Shown: in pieces, positions 36,844 to 49,899 of the stretch
How the letters are laid out: every line of letters starts with the position of its first letter
Position numbering within the stretch: position 1 is the first letter of the stretch
Program-made: the position numbers and the translations under genes
From: Escherichia coli
GTDB taxonomy: Bacteria > Pseudomonadota > Gammaproteobacteria > Enterobacterales > Enterobacteriaceae
Reading direction: 5' to 3' (one strand)
Length of the DNA stretch: 64,000 nucleotides
NCBI RefSeq assembly: GCF_003334335.1
Contig: NZ_QOWQ01000011.1
The notes under the pieces: model-generated
The model's input: the letters and a program-made list of their open reading frames with translations, nothing else
Told to the model about the DNA's origin: nothing
Databases searched by the model: none

Positions 36844-37755
36844 ATGCGACTATTTAACTGGCGACGTCAGGCGGTGTTAAACGCCATGCCACTGGTCAAA
36901 CCTGACCAGGTACGTACACCGTGGCATGAATTCTGGCGACGATTTCGCCGTCAGCATATGGCGATGACCGCCGCATTATTCGTTATTTTATTGATTGTGG
37001 TGGCCATTTTTGCACGCTGGATCGCTCCCTATGACGCCGAAAATTATTTTGATTATGACAATCTGAATAACGGACCTTCTTTGCAGCACTGGTTTGGCGT
37101 CGATTCACTGGGGCGTGACATTTTCAGCCGTGTCCTGGTTGGTGCGCAAATCTCGCTGGCGGCGGGCGTGTTTGCCGTGTTTATCGGTGCGGCGATCGGG
37201 ACGTTGCTGGGCTTGCTCGCTGGATATTATGAAGGCTGGTGGGATCGGCTGATCATGCGCATTTGCGATGTGCTGTTTGCCTTCCCGGGTATTTTACTGG
37301 CGATCGCTGTTGTTGCGGTGTTGGGAAGCGGCATTGCTAACGTGATTATTGCAGTCGCCATTTTTTCCATCCCCGCGTTTGCCCGCCTGGTGCGCGGCAA
37401 CACGCTGGTGTTGAAACAGCAAACCTTTATTGAGTCAGCACGCAGTATTGGTGCCAGCGATATGACCGTTTTGTTGCGTCATATCCTGCCTGGGACCGTC
37501 TCTTCTATCGTGGTGTTTTTCACCATGCGCATTGGTACCTCGATTATCTCTGCCGCCAGCCTCTCATTTCTCGGCCTCGGTGCGCAGCCGCCGACACCAG
37601 AGTGGGGAGCAATGCTCAATGAGGCTCGAGCGGATATGGTTATCGCGCCGCATGTCGCTGTTTTTCCGGCCCTGGCTATTTTTCTGACCGTACTGGCGTT
37701 CAATTTGTTGGGCGATGGTTTACGCGATGCGCTGGATCCGAAAATTAAAGGATAG
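36844..37755 (+). CDS. gsiD: Glutathione/peptide ABC importer permease
   Basis: 303 aa; DppC-like permease; 2-nt gap after gsiC. Confidence 0.95.
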
Positions 37756-37932
37756 TTACGTTTGAATATTGCTTGAAAGGGTAATCACCTCACAGGAAAT
37801 TATTGCCCTAAGCAAGTGTTGTAACTTTCTGCTGATTTTGTAGAATCGGGTAATTTGGTTAAAAAGCCGCAGCAAGGGACAATTTTTGCAGCGGCACAGC
37901 GTTCAGATAGTTATTTTGTTAAATGTATTAAC

Positions 37933-40281
37933 ATGCTGAGTTTATACGAAAAGATAAAGATAAGGCTGATAATTTTATTTTTATTGGCAGCACTGTCATT
38001 TATTGGTCTTTTTTTCATCATTAACTATCAACTGGTATCGGAGCGCGCGGTAAAACGTGCCGATAGCCGCTTTGAACTTATTCAGAAAAACGTTGGCTAT
38101 TTCTTTAAAGATATTGAACGTTCGGCCCTGACATTAAAGGACTCACTGTATTTATTAAAAAATACAGAGGAGATTCAACGCGCCGTGATTCTTAAAATGG
38201 AAATGATGCCATTTTTAGACTCGGTGGGACTGGTACTTGATGATAATAAATATTATCTTTTTTCGCGGAGGGCGAATGATAAAATCGTTGTTTATCATCA
38301 GGAACAAGTAAATGGACCGCTTGTCGACGAGTCAGGGCGGGTTATTTTTGCCGATTTTAACCCATCGAAACGACCGTGGTCGGTGGCTTCAGATGACTCT
38401 AACAACAGCTGGAATCCGGCATACAATTGCTTTGATCGTCCGGGTAAAAAATGTATCTCTTTTACGCTACACATCAACGGCAAAGATCACGATTTGTTAG
38501 CGGTGGATAAAATTCATGTCGATTTAAACTGGCGATATCTGAACGAGTATCTTGATCAAATCAGCGCTAATGATGAAGTTCTATTTTTGAAACAAGGCCA
38601 TGAGATCATTGCCAAGAATCAACTCGCTCGTGAAAAACTGATTATTTATAATAGCGAAGGTAATTATAATATTATTGATTCTGTCGATACTGAATATATC
38701 GAAAAAACATCAGCGGTGCCAAACAACGCATTATTCGAAATCTATTTTTATTATCCTGGCGGTAATTTATTGAACGCATCAGATAAACTTTTTTATCTGC
38801 CGTTTGCGTTCATTATTATCGTATTGCTGGTGGTTTATTTAATGACCACTCGTGTGTTCCGTCGGCAATTTTCTGAAATGACAGAGCTGGTTAATACGCT
38901 GGCGTTTTTGCCTGACTCAACGGATCAAATCGAGGCTCTGAAAATTCGTGAAGGCGATGCGAAAGAGATTATCAGCATCAAAAATTCGATCGCGGAAATG
39001 AAAGATGCCGAAATTGAACGGTCAAATAAATTGCTCTCACTGATCTCTTACGATCAGGAAAGTGGTTTTATTAAAAATATGGCGATTATTGAGTCTAACA
39101 ATAATCAGTATCTGGCTGTGGGGATCATCAAACTGTGTGGTCTGGAAGCCGTGGAAGCGGTGTTTGGTGTTGATGAGCGCAATAAAATCGTCAGGAAATT
39201 GTGTCAGCGAATTGCCGAGAAATATGCGCAATGCTGCGATATCGTGACATTCAATGCCGATCTCTATTTACTTCTGTGTCGGGAAAATGTACAGACATTT
39301 ACCCGTAAAATAGCGATGGTAAACGATTTTGACAGCAGCTTTGGCTACCGCAATCTGCGCATCCATAAGTCTGCCATTTGTGAACCTTTGCAGGGGGAAA
39401 ACGCCTGGAGTTACGCAGAAAAACTGAAACTGGCGATTTCCAGTATCCGTGACCATATGTTCTCAGAGTTTATTTTCTGTGATGACGCGAAACTCAACGA
39501 AATAGAAGAGAATATCTGGATTGCGCGTAATATTCGCCATGCAATGGAAATTGGCGAACTATTCCTCGTCTATCAACCGATCGTTGATATTAACACCCGC
39601 GCCATTCTGGGCGCGGAGGCGTTGTGCCGTTGGGTGTCTGCGGAGCGGGGGATCATTTCACCGCTGAAGTTCATTACCATTGCTGAAGATATCGGGTTTA
39701 TCAATGAGCTGGGTTATCAGATTATTAAAACGGCAATGGGTGAATTCAGACATTTTAGTCAGCGTGCGTCGCTGAAGGATGATTTCTTACTGCATATTAA
39801 TGTTTCGCCCTGGCAGTTAAACGAACCACACTTTCATGAGCGTTTTACCACCATCATGAAAGAAAATGGCCTGAAGGCGAACAGCCTCTGTGTTGAGATC
39901 ACTGAAACCGTGATCGAGCGAATTAATGAACATTTTTATCTCAATATTGAACAACTGCGTAAACAAGGGGTACGGATATCGATTGATGACTTTGGCACCG
40001 GTTTGTCAAACCTGAAACGTTTTTATGAAATTAATCCAGACAGCATAAAGGTGGACTCGCAATTCACCGGCGATATTTTCGGTACTGCGGGAAAAATTGT
40101 GCGCATTATTTTCGACCTGGCACGCTATAACCGGATCCCGGTGATTGCGGAAGGCGTAGAGAGCGAAGACGTTGCGCGCGAATTAATCAAATTAGGATGT
40201 GTTCAGGCTCAGGGGTATCTGTACCAGAAACCCATGCCATTCTCCGCCTGGGATAAAAGTGGAAAATTAGTAAAAGAGTAG
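37933..40281 (+). CDS. pdeI: c-di-GMP phosphodiesterase (membrane-anchored, EAL domain)
   Basis: Start trimmed to [16 protein letters not shown] (782 aa); EAL motif (GAEALCRWV); visibly AT-rich coding sequence. Confidence 0.9.
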   Translation: MLSLYEKIKIRLIILFLLAALSFIGLFFIINYQLVSERAVKRADSRFELIQKNVGYFFKDIERSALTLKDSLYLLKNTEEIQRAVILKMEMMPFLDSVGLVLDDNKYYLFSRRANDKIVVYHQEQVNGPLVDESGRVIFADFNPSKRPWSVASDDSNNSWNPAYNCFDRPGKKCISFTLHINGKDHDLLAVDKIHVDLNWRYLNEYLDQISANDEVLFLKQGHEIIAKNQLAREKLIIYNSEGNYNIIDSVDTEYIEKTSAVPNNALFEIYFYYPGGNLLNASDKLFYLPFAFIIIVLLVVYLMTTRVFRRQFSEMTELVNTLAFLPDSTDQIEALKIREGDAKEIISIKNSIAEMKDAEIERSNKLLSLISYDQESGFIKNMAIIESNNNQYLAVGIIKLCGLEAVEAVFGVDERNKIVRKLCQRIAEKYAQCCDIVTFNADLYLLLCRENVQTFTRKIAMVNDFDSSFGYRNLRIHKSAICEPLQGENAWSYAEKLKLAISSIRDHMFSEFIFCDDAKLNEIEENIWIARNIRHAMEIGELFLVYQPIVDINTRAILGAEALCRWVSAERGIISPLKFITIAEDIGFINELGYQIIKTAMGEFRHFSQRASLKDDFLLHINVSPWQLNEPHFHERFTTIMKENGLKANSLCVEITETVIERINEHFYLNIEQLRKQGVRISIDDFGTGLSNLKRFYEINPDSIKVDSQFTGDIFGTAGKIVRIIFDLARYNRIPVIAEGVESEDVARELIKLGCVQAQGYLYQKPMPFSAWDKSGKLVKE

Positions 40282-40288
40282 TTTACGT

Positions 40289-41617
40289 ATGTCCAGAATC
40301 AATAAGTTCGTACTTACAGTCAGTCTGCTGATTTTTATCATGATTTCAGCAGTTGCCTGCGGGATCTACACTCAAATGGTAAAGGAACGGGTGTATAGCC
40401 TGAAACAGTCCGTTATTGATACTGCTTTTGCGGTGGCAAATATTGCTGAATATCGGCGTAGCGTGGCAATTGATCTTATCAACACGCTAAATCCCACGGA
40501 GGAACAGCTGTTGGTTGGTTTGCGCACAGCTTACGCCGACTCGGTTTCCCCCTCTTATTTGTACGATGTCGGTCCTTATCTGATTTCCAGTGACGAATGT
40601 ATTCAGGTAAAGGAGTTCGAGAAAAATTATTGTGCAGATATTATGCAGGTTGTGAAGTATCGACATGTCAAAAATACAGGGTTTATCTCTTTTGACGGTA
40701 AAACCTTCGTCTATTACCTCTATCCGGTAACTCACAATCGTAGTCTGATATTTTTGCTTGGTCTGGAGCGTTTTTCTTTACTGTCAAAATCGCTGGCGAT
40801 GGACAGCGAGAACCTGATGTTCTCTCTATTTAAGAACGGTAAACCGGTGACCGGTGATGAATATAATGCTAAAAACGCCATCTTCACCGTTTCGGAAGCG
40901 ATGGAGCACTTCGCCTATTTGCCGACCGGATTGTATGTATTTGCGTATAAAAAAGATGTTTATTTGCGGGTTTGTACATTGATTATTTTCTTTGCCGCAT
41001 TGGTGGCAGTGATATCGGGTGCCAGTTGCCTCTATCTGGTACGCAGAGTGATTAATCGTGGTATTGTGGAGAAAGAAGCCATCATTAATAACCATTTTGA
41101 ACGCGTACTGGATGGCGGGCTTTTCTTTTCGGCTGCCGATGTCAAAAAACTCTACAGTATGTATAACTCGGCGTTCCTGGACGACCTGACCAAAGCAATG
41201 GGCAGAAAATCCTTTGACGAAGATTTAAAAGCGCTGCCGGAAAAAGGCGGTTATTTGTGCCTGTTTGACGTCGATAAATTCAAAAACATTAACGACACCT
41301 TCGGTCATTTGCTGGGCGATGAAGTGTTGATGAAAGTGGTGAAAATCCTTAAATCACAGATCCCGGTAGATAAAGGTAAAGTCTACCGCTTCGGCGGTGA
41401 CGAATTTGCGGTGATTTATACGGGTGGAACGCTGGAAGAGTTGCTATCGATTCTAAAAGAAATCGTTCATTTCCAGGTGGGAAGCATTAATTTAAGTACC
41501 AGTATCGGTGTAGCACATTCAAATGAATGTCCTACCGTCGAACGCTTGAAAATGCTGGCGGATGAGCGGCTGTATAAGAGTAAGAAAAACGGCAGGGCAC
41601 AGATTAGCTGGCAGTAA
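40289..41617 (+). CDS. dgcI: Diguanylate cyclase (GGDEF domain)
   Basis: 442 aa; intact GGDEF ([11 protein letters not shown]); 7-nt gap after pdeI. Confidence 0.93.
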   Translation: MSRINKFVLTVSLLIFIMISAVACGIYTQMVKERVYSLKQSVIDTAFAVANIAEYRRSVAIDLINTLNPTEEQLLVGLRTAYADSVSPSYLYDVGPYLISSDECIQVKEFEKNYCADIMQVVKYRHVKNTGFISFDGKTFVYYLYPVTHNRSLIFLLGLERFSLLSKSLAMDSENLMFSLFKNGKPVTGDEYNAKNAIFTVSEAMEHFAYLPTGLYVFAYKKDVYLRVCTLIIFFAALVAVISGASCLYLVRRVINRGIVEKEAIINNHFERVLDGGLFFSAADVKKLYSMYNSAFLDDLTKAMGRKSFDEDLKALPEKGGYLCLFDVDKFKNINDTFGHLLGDEVLMKVVKILKSQIPVDKGKVYRFGGDEFAVIYTGGTLEELLSILKEIVHFQVGSINLSTSIGVAHSNECPTVERLKMLADERLYKSKKNGRAQISWQ

Positions 41618-41663
41618 TCATTATTCGCAGGCCGGACAAATGATTTTGCCCGGCCTGAATTAA

Positions 41664-42989
41664 TTAAACCCGGCTACCCCACAAATCGTACTCATCGGCG
41701 TGCTCGACTTTCACACGCAGGATATCACCCGGCTTAACGTTGGTTTCACCATTGAGATAAACCGCGCCGTCGATTTCCGGTGCATCTGCCATGCTGCGAC
41801 CAATCGCGCCTTCTTCGTCCACTTCGTCGATAATCACCAGAATTTCACGGCCCACTTTCTCTTGCAGGCGCTCGGCGGAAATCTGCTGCTGCAGCTGCAT
41901 GAAACGGTTCCAGCGTTCTTCTTTAACTTCTTCCGGAACCTGGTCAGGCAGGGCATTGGCGTCTGCACCTTCAACCGGGCTGTATTTAAAGCAGCCAACG
42001 CGATCCAGACGCGCTTCTTTCAGGAAGTCGAGTAGCATCTGGAAATCTTCTTCTGTCTCGCCAGGGAAGCCGACAATAAAGGTTGAGCGTAGGGTCAGTT
42101 CCGGGCAGATTTCGCGCCACTGTTTGATGCGCGCCAGTTGGCGATCTACAGAACCCGGACGCTTCATCAGTTTGAGAATGCGCGGGCTGGCGTGCTGCAA
42201 CGGAATGTCCAGATACGGCAGGATTTTGCCTTCTGCCATCAGTGGGATGACGTCGTCCACATGCGGATAAGGGTAAACGTAGTGCAGACGTGTCCAGATC
42301 CCCAGTTTCGATAACTGTTCGCACAGGCTGACCATGCTGGTTTTTACCGGCTCGCCGTTGTGGAAGCCAGTACGATGTTTAACATCAACGCCATAGGCGG
42401 AAGTATCCTGCGAGATCACCAGAATCTCTTTAACGCCCGCATCTACCAGACGTTTCGCTTCACTTAACACTTCGCCAATCGGACGGCTCACCAGGTCGCC
42501 GCGCATAGACGGAATAATGCAGAAGGTGCAGCGGTGATTACAGCCTTCAGAAATTTTCAGATAGGCATAATGACGCGGCGTCAGTTTCACACCTTGTTCT
42601 GGCACCAGGCTCAGGAATGGGTTGTGTTTCGGTTTTGGCACGTAGTGATGAACGTGCTCCAGAACCTGCTCATAGCTATGAGGCCCGGTGATTTCCAGCA
42701 CTTTCGGGTGGACTTCGCGGATCTGATCTTCTTTTGCCCCCAGACAACCGGTCACAATAACCTTGCCGTTTTCATTCAACGCTTCACCAATGGCTTCCAG
42801 TGATTCTTGTACCGCGCTGTCAATAAAGCCGCAGGTGTTGACGATCACCATGTCCGCATCGTCATAGCTCGGTACCACGTCATAACCTTCAGTGCGGAGT
42901 TCGGTGAGAATACGCTCTGAATCAACAAGGTTTTTCGGACAGCCAAGGGAAACAAAGCCGATTTTCGGCTGGGGAGTTACTTTGCTCAT
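41664..42989 (-). CDS. rimO: Ribosomal protein S12 methylthiotransferase (radical SAM)
   Basis: 441 aa; radical [11 protein letters not shown]; N-terminal MTTase Cys triad. Confidence 0.96.
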
Positions 42990-43201
42990 AGCTTAAAAAA
43001 TATTCAGTTACAGGAAAGGTCAGGGCAGGGATTCTACAGAGTTCTGGATAAAATTTGTATCGCAATCTCATTCGCTGGCGGAGGCGAAGGAAATGTAAAT
43101 TTTGTTAATTCGGCGTGAAGAATTGATCCTGGACAGCATTTTGCTCAAAAAATAGCCATACTATTTAATTGCAACAAGGCTGGGAAGAGGAGGATCGAAG
43201 T

Positions 43202-43585
43202 ATGTTCGTTGACAGACAGCGAATCGATCTGCTGAACCGGTTGATCGACGCACGCGTTGACCTCGCCGCATACGTGCAACTGAGGAAGGCAAAAGGATAC
43301 ATGTCCGTCAGCGAAAGCAATCATCTACGAGATAACTTTTTTAAACTGAATCGCGAACTGCACGATAAATCGCTGCGGTTGAATCTTCATCTGGATCAGG
43401 AAGAGTGGAGTGCTCTTCATCATGCTGAAGAAGCATTAGCGACAGCCGCAGTATGTTTGATGAGTGGGCACCATGATTGCCCGACTGTTATTACCGTCAA
43501 CGCCGATAAGCTTGAAAATTGTCTGATGAGCTTAACGCTGAGTATCCAGAGCCTGCAGAAGCACGCCATGCTTGAGAAGGCCTGA
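43202..43585 (+). CDS. bssR: Biofilm regulator BssR
   Basis: Start trimmed to MFVDRQRIDLLNRL at 43202 (127 aa) with GAGGAG RBS at 43187-43192. Confidence 0.9.
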   Translation: MFVDRQRIDLLNRLIDARVDLAAYVQLRKAKGYMSVSESNHLRDNFFKLNRELHDKSLRLNLHLDQEEWSALHHAEEALATAAVCLMSGHHDCPTVITVNADKLENCLMSLTLSIQSLQKHAMLEKA

Positions 43586-43590
43586 AAACT

Positions 43591-43615
43591 AAGGGGGAGA
43601 AAGCGTCTCCCCCTT
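43591..43615 (+). terminator. Stem-loop downstream of bssR (possible terminator)
   Basis: aagggggagaaagcgtctccccctt hairpin 6 nt after the bssR stop; weak U-tract. Confidence 0.5.
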
Positions 43616-43695
43616 CATGTTTAAGTTTTTGTAAAAATGAATTTGTTATCTCCTCCACTGACTACGCTTTAAGCCAGAGTCAATCCGGAGGCGTT

Positions 43696-44811
43696 ATGCA
43701 TCGACAATCCTTTTTCCTTGTGCCCCTTATTTGTCTTTCTTCCGCTCTCTGGGCGGCTCCTGCAACGGTAAATGTCGAAGTACTGCAAGACAAACTCGAC
43801 CATCCCTGGGCACTGGCCTTTTTACCCGATAATCACGGTATGTTAATCACTCTGCGCGGCGGCGAGTTGCGTCACTGGCAAGCAGGAAAAGGATTATCTG
43901 CGCCGCTTTCCGGAGTTCCGGACGTTTGGGCGCACGGGCAGGGCGGCCTGCTGGACGTGGTTTTAGCGCCTGATTTTGCTCAGTCTCGCCGCATCTGGTT
44001 AAGTTATTCCGAAGTTGGCGATGATGGCAAAGCCGGAACTGCTGTGGGTTATGGCCGCTTAAGTGATGATCTCTCAAAAGTGACCGACTTCCGCACCGTC
44101 TTTCGCCAGATGCCAAAACTGTCTACCGGCAACCATTTTGGCGGGCGGCTGGTATTCGACGGTAAAGGTTATCTTTTTATTGCTCTGGGCGAAAACAATC
44201 AGCGCCCGACGGCGCAGGATCTGGATAAATTACAGGGCAAACTGGTGCGTCTGACCGACCAGGGCGAAATCCCGGATGATAATCCTTTTATAAAGGAATC
44301 CGGTGCGCGCGCCGAGATCTGGTCTTATGGCATTCGTAATCCGCAAGGAATGGCGATGAATCCGTGGAGTAATGCACTGTGGCTGAATGAACATGGCCCG
44401 CGCGGTGGTGATGAAATTAATATCCCGCAAAAAGGCAAAAACTACGGCTGGCCGCTGGCAACCTGGGGAATCAACTATTCAGGCTTTAAGATACCGGAAG
44501 CGAAAGGGGAGATCGTCGCCGGGACCGAGCAACCTGTTTTTTACTGGAAAGATTCGCCCGCTGTGAGCGGCATGGCCTTCTATAACAGCGATAAATTCCC
44601 CCAGTGGCAGCAAAAATTATTTATTGGCGCGCTGAAAGATAAAGATGTCATTGTGATGAGCGTCAACGGCGACAAAGTGACAGAAGATGGCCGTATTTTA
44701 ACGGACAGAGGGCAGCGAATTCGTGATGTTCGCACTGGACCCGACGGTTATTTATACGTTCTCACCGACGAGTCCAGTGGGGAATTACTTAAAGTTAGCC
44801 CACGCAATTAG
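43696..44811 (+). CDS. yliI: Soluble aldose sugar dehydrogenase (PQQ-dependent beta-propeller)
   Basis: 371 aa with signal peptide; recognised YliI. Confidence 0.93.
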
Positions 44812-45434
44812 CTAACGGGAATCATCACCACTTTGCGCACTGCGGGGCGTTCAGTGAGTTGCTGATACCAGCGTTGCAGATTTGGACGCGGTGTCCAGGT
44901 CAGGCCAACGTTAAACAAATTGTAGATGAACGGTGCGATAGCGATATCGCCCACACCAAACTCGTCGCCAGAGAACCATTTTACTTTTGCCAGTTCCGCA
45001 TCGAGCAGGGCAAACAGGGCGTCGCACTCTTTGCAACTGGCATCAATGGCGGCCTGATCGCGCTCTTCCGGTGGTGTTCTGACTAATCCCATCAGGATCC
45101 CGCGATGAGCATTACTGAGCGTCTGGTTTGCCCAGTCCATCCATTTTTCCGCTTCCGCACGACGTGCCGGTGAGTCGATCCACAGGCGTTTTTGCCCGTA
45201 CTGTGCCGCCAGATAGCGGACAATGGCGTTTGATTCCCAAAGAATGAGATCACTTTCGTCGTCACGCAACAACGGCACCAGCCCGTTAGGGTTCATCGCC
45301 AGAAAATCAGCATCGTGATTTATCCCAAACTCACGGCCCGCGAGAATTTGCTCATAAGGTAGTTCCAGTTCTTCGAGCGTCAGCAATACTTTTTTTACGT
45401 TAGTTGAATTATTCCGACCCCACAGCGTAATCAT
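44808..45434 (-). CDS. gstB: Glutathione S-transferase
   Basis: Start trimmed to [15 protein letters not shown] (208 aa); 4-nt convergent overlap with yliI. Confidence 0.92.
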
Positions 45435-45680
45435 ACTCACCCCTTTTCCGACAGGCAGCCACAGGCTGAACAGGACTCCGATGGTGAAGTAAAGTTAACT
45501 TTTAAGCAACAGCTGGCAAAAAAATGACACCAGAAGCAGCGAAGCGGCAGGATATTGCATAAACTTTAAAAACTTTACCAACTTACGGTTTCTTTAAGTT
45601 TGTGTGTGCGTTATTAATCACCAAACTTATCATACGGCGATATAACGTATTTTTTTTGAATGGATACTCGGGTGGCATTT

Positions 45681-46883
45681 ATGACGCAATACTCCTCTCT
45701 CCTTCGTGGTCTTGCAGCGGGTTCTGCATTTTTATTCCTTTTTGCCCCAACGGCATTCGCGGCGGAACAAACCGTTGAAGCGCCGAGCGTGGATGCGCGT
45801 GCATGGATTTTAATGGATTACGCCAGCGGTAAAGTGCTGGCAGAAGGCAATGCGGATGAGAAACTGGATCCCGCGAGCCTGACTAAAATCATGACCAGCT
45901 ATGTGGTTGGGCAGGCGCTTAAGGCCGATAAGATTAAACTCACCGATATGGTGACGGTCGGTAAAGATGCCTGGGCGACGGGAAATCCGGCACTGCGTGG
46001 TTCATCGGTAATGTTCCTCAAACCGGGCGATCAGGTTTCGGTGGCAGACTTGAACAAAGGTGTGATTATCCAGTCCGGTAATGACGCCTGTATTGCGCTG
46101 GCTGATTACGTTGCCGGGAGCCAGGAGTCATTTATTGGTCTGATGAATGGTTATGCCAAAAAACTGGGTCTGACCAACACTACCTTCCAGACGGTGCACG
46201 GCCTGGATGCGCCGGGGCAGTTCAGCACCGCGCGCGATATGGCATTGCTGGGTAAAGCATTGATCCACGATGTGCCGGAAGAGTACGCCATTCATAAAGA
46301 GAAAGAGTTCACCTTCAACAAAATTCGTCAGCCTAACCGTAACCGTCTGCTGTGGAGCAGCAATCTGAATGTTGATGGCATGAAGACAGGAACCACGGCA
46401 GGCGCGGGATATAATCTGGTTGCTTCGGCTACCCAGGGCGATATGCGTTTAATCTCCGTAGTGTTGGGGGCGAAAACCGACCGTATCCGTTTTAATGAGT
46501 CTGAGAAATTATTGACCTGGGGTTTCCGCTTCTTTGAAACCGTGACGCCAATTAAACCTGATGCCACCTTTGTGACTCAGCGCGTCTGGTTTGGTGATAA
46601 GAGCGAAGTGAATCTCGGGGCAGGTGAAGCGGGCTCAGTGACCATACCGCGTGGGCAGCTGAAAAACCTGAAAGCGAGTTATACGTTAACGGAACCGCAG
46701 CTTACCGCACCGCTGAAAAAAGGTCAGGTTGTCGGGACCATTGATTTCCAGCTTAACGGTAAATCCATTGAGCAGCGTCCGCTGATCGTGATGGAAAATG
46801 TGGAAGAGGGCGGATTCTTTGGTCGGGTGTGGGATTTCGTGATGATGAAATTCCATCAGTGGTTCGGCAGCTGGTTCTCTTAA
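45681..46883 (+). CDS. dacC: D-alanyl-D-alanine carboxypeptidase (PBP6)
   Basis: Start trimmed to [10 protein letters not shown] (400 aa); SxxK motif (ASLTK), SGN and KTG motifs. Confidence 0.95.
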   Translation: MTQYSSLLRGLAAGSAFLFLFAPTAFAAEQTVEAPSVDARAWILMDYASGKVLAEGNADEKLDPASLTKIMTSYVVGQALKADKIKLTDMVTVGKDAWATGNPALRGSSVMFLKPGDQVSVADLNKGVIIQSGNDACIALADYVAGSQESFIGLMNGYAKKLGLTNTTFQTVHGLDAPGQFSTARDMALLGKALIHDVPEEYAIHKEKEFTFNKIRQPNRNRLLWSSNLNVDGMKTGTTAGAGYNLVASATQGDMRLISVVLGAKTDRIRFNESEKLLTWGFRFFETVTPIKPDATFVTQRVWFGDKSEVNLGAGEAGSVTIPRGQLKNLKASYTLTEPQLTAPLKKGQVVGTIDFQLNGKSIEQRPLIVMENVEEGGFFGRVWDFVMMKFHQWFGSWFS

Positions 46884-46890
46884 TCTTCTG

Positions 46891-46923
46891 ATAACCGGAT
46901 GGCGCGAAACGTCATCCGGTTAT
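46891..46923. terminator. Bidirectional terminator between convergent dacC and deoR
   Basis: ataaccggatg-gcgcgaaacgt-catccggttat inverted repeat. Confidence 0.65.
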
Positions 46924-46929
46924 ACGTCA

Positions 46930-47688
46930 TTAATACATCAACTTAATGCGCTGCGTCTGCGCGTACTTCACATACTCATCTTCCGGGCAACAATCGCTCA
47001 CCACAATATCAAAGCGTTTCAGGTCACCCATGCGCGCCGGACGCACCTTGCCAAATTTACTGTGGTCGACAACCAGCACATGCTTTTGCGCCATCGACAT
47101 GGCCCAGTGTTTTACCGGCAACTCTTCAAGATTAAAACAGGTAGCGCCTTTACTGACATGCACGCCCGCCGCAGAATAAAAAGCGATATCCGGGCAAAAA
47201 TTATTCAGCGTTTGCTGAAAATCGATGGGTTTGAAAATGGCGTTGCTGGCGTGAAATTCACCACCGCAAAGAAACGCGCGGCAATGGGGTTTCTCTTTCA
47301 GCGCCAGAAAGGTATTTAGCGAATAACAAACGGCGGTAAAAGGGATTTCATTATCAATCGCTTCAATAATCCACGGCGTGGTGGTGCCACAGTCAAAAAA
47401 GAGGGTCTGATCGGGTTCTACCAGCGTCGCAGCCAGTTTTGCCGCCCGGCGTTTTTCTTCCACCAGGCGGGATTTTTGATCGCTTAACAGGTAATGGCTG
47501 GCACTGCGCGGTTCCAGAACAATATAGCCGCCGAGCAAAACGACGGGCGCACTGTGGTTGTTCAGATCGCGACGAATCGTCATCTCCGAAACCCCAAGCA
47601 GGGCGGCGGCGTCTTTAAGATGTAACTTATCGCTGCGTTTTAATTCTTGCAGCAGCTGCCCGATACGCTCTTCGCGACGTGTTTCCAT
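46930..47688 (-). CDS. deoR: DeoR-family transcriptional repressor of deoxyribonucleoside catabolism
   Basis: 252 aa; N-terminal HTH, C-terminal sugar-phosphate-binding domain. Confidence 0.95.
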   Translation of the reverse strand: METRREERIGQLLQELKRSDKLHLKDAAALLGVSEMTIRRDLNNHSAPVVLLGGYIVLEPRSASHYLLSDQKSRLVEEKRRAAKLAATLVEPDQTLFFDCGTTTPWIIEAIDNEIPFTAVCYSLNTFLALKEKPHCRAFLCGGEFHASNAIFKPIDFQQTLNNFCPDIAFYSAAGVHVSKGATCFNLEELPVKHWAMSMAQKHVLVVDHSKFGKVRPARMGDLKRFDIVVSDCCPEDEYVKYAQTQRIKLMY

Positions 47689-47745
47689 AATCCCTCTGAA
47701 TAGTTATTGAAGCGAGCCGCTCAATACTACACTTTTTAGCAGAGA

Positions 47746-48342
47746 TCAGTCACGCACCCAGCCTTTGCGGATCGGTAATGCAAAACAGACGCGATACCAC
47801 GATTGCAGACGTTGATAGAGTTTATGCCCCATCGCTTGCCAGATAATCTGGGCACTAAGGCAGCCAATCATACCTGCCAGCAATCCACCGAGCATATCCA
47901 GCGGCCAGTGGACGCCAAGATAAACGCGCGACCAGGCAATGACGACGGCCAGCACCATTAAAAGTGAGCCGGACCACAGGCGATGCCAGCATAAAAATGC
48001 CAGTGCAAAGGTGAAAATCACCGTACCGTGATCGCTTGGGAATGAGTCATCCGCCGCATGATGCAGGAAGTTATAGCCGATATTTTCGACAAAGGGTCGG
48101 TCGTGCGGAAAAAGATGTCCCATCGTCCAGGACACAAACAGGCTGACCGCCAGCGCGATAGCGATTTTTATCACCAGTTGCCGTTGTGCTGTAAGCCCCC
48201 ACAACCAAAGTACCACGGCCAGCAACGGCACCACGGTAATCAAATCTTTAGCAATAAAAATCGCCAACGAGATCATCCACGGAGCCGAGTCTGGCGTCGC
48301 GTTAATAAGAGAGAATAGAGAGAGATTCAAATTTTCCAGCAT
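47746..48342 (-). CDS. ybjG: Undecaprenyl-pyrophosphate phosphatase (PAP2 family)
   Basis: Start trimmed to MLENLNLSLFSLIN (198 aa); PAP2 motifs (PSDH, SR...H). Confidence 0.9.
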   Translation of the reverse strand: MLENLNLSLFSLINATPDSAPWMISLAIFIAKDLITVVPLLAVVLWLWGLTAQRQLVIKIAIALAVSLFVSWTMGHLFPHDRPFVENIGYNFLHHAADDSFPSDHGTVIFTFALAFLCWHRLWSGSLLMVLAVVIAWSRVYLGVHWPLDMLGGLLAGMIGCLSAQIIWQAMGHKLYQRLQSWYRVCFALPIRKGWVRD

Positions 48343-48626
48343 AACTTCCCGACGCAAAGTGATTAAAAGGGAGCCAATACAGGCAAGTCGTTGAGAATAA
48401 AGTGCAGGTTAAACTGGGTAAAGCGGCATCGTCTTATTTCCCTCAAGCGGCCTGTTTACGGTGGGTGATTGTAACGGGCATAGGTTAAATAAAACTTAAA
48501 GAAAGCGTAGCTATACTCGTAATAATGTAAGAATGTGCTTAACCGTGGTTTCAGCTACAAAATTCGCTTTCTCGTTAGCTGCGCTTTTATTAAACTCTGC
48601 GCGATTATTATTGGCGAAGAAATTGC

Positions 48627-49859
48627 ATGCAAAATAAATTAGCTTCCGGTGCCAGGCTTGGACGTCAGGCGTTACTTTTCCCTCTCTGTCTGGTGCTTTA
48701 CGAATTTTCAACCTATATCGGCAACGATATGATTCAACCCGGTATGTTGGCCGTGGTGGAACAATATCAGGCGGGCATTGATTGGGTTCCTACTTCGATG
48801 ACCGCGTATCTGGCGGGCGGGATGTTTTTACAATGGCTGCTGGGGCCGCTGTCGGATCGTATTGGTCGCCGTCCGGTGATGCTGGCGGGAGTGGTGTGGT
48901 TTATCGTCACCTGTCTGGCAATATTGCTGGCGCAAAACATTGAACAATTCACCCTGTTGCGCTTCTTGCAGGGCATAAGCCTCTGTTTCATTGGCGCTGT
49001 GGGATACGCCGCAATTCAGGAATCCTTCGAAGAGGCGGTTTGTATCAAGATCACCGCGCTGATGGCGAACGTGGCGCTGATTGCTCCGCTACTTGGTCCG
49101 CTGGTGGGCGCGGCGTGGATCCATGTGCTGCCCTGGGAGGGGATGTTTGTTTTGTTTGCCGCATTGGCAGCGATCTCCTTTTTCGGTCTGCAACGAGCCA
49201 TGCCTGAAACCGCCACGCGTATAGGCGAGAAACTGTCACTGAAAGAACTCGGTCGTGACTATAAGCTGGTGCTGAAGAACGGCCGCTTTGTGGCGGGGGC
49301 GCTGGCGCTGGGATTCGTTAGTCTGCCGTTGCTGGCGTGGATCGCCCAGTCGCCGATTATCATCATTACCGGCGAGCAGTTGAGCAGCTATGAATATGGC
49401 TTGCTGCAAGTGCCTATTTTCGGGGCGTTAATTGCGGGTAACTTGCTGTTAGCGCGTCTGACCTCGCGCCGCACCGTACGTTCGCTGATTATTATGGGCG
49501 GCTGGCCGATTATGATTGGTCTATTGGTCGCTGCTGCGGCAACGGTTATCTCATCGCACGCGTATTTATGGATGACTGCCGGGTTAAGTATTTATGCTTT
49601 CGGTATTGGTCTGGCGAATGCGGGACTGGTGCGATTAACCCTGTTTGCCAGCGATATGAGTAAAGGTACGGTTTCTGCCGCGATGGGAATGCTGCAAATG
49701 CTGATCTTTACCGTTGGTATTGAAATCAGCAAACATGCCTGGCTGAACGGGGGCAACGGACTGTTTAATCTCTTCAACCTTGTCAACGGAATTTTGTGGC
49801 TGTCGCTGATGGTTATCTTTTTAAAAGATAAACAGATGGGAAATTCTCACGAAGGGTAA
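48627..49859 (+). CDS. mdfA: Multidrug efflux MFS transporter
   Basis: 410 aa, 12-TM MFS; recognised MdfA/Cmr. Confidence 0.96.
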
Positions 49860-49861
49860 AA

Positions 49862-49892
49862 AAATGCCTGACTGCTTTGTGCGATCAGGCAT
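49862..49892. terminator. Possible stem-loop terminator between convergent mdfA and ybjH
   Basis: aatgcctga...tcaggcatt inverted repeat with a large loop. Confidence 0.35.
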
Positions 49893-49899
49893 TCTCGAA

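Noticed and set aside
37756-41617. pdeI-dgcI AT-rich segment considered as a mobile element or prophage remnant.
   Set aside because: No integrase or transposase, no flanking direct or inverted repeats, no tRNA target; recorded only as a compositional islet.
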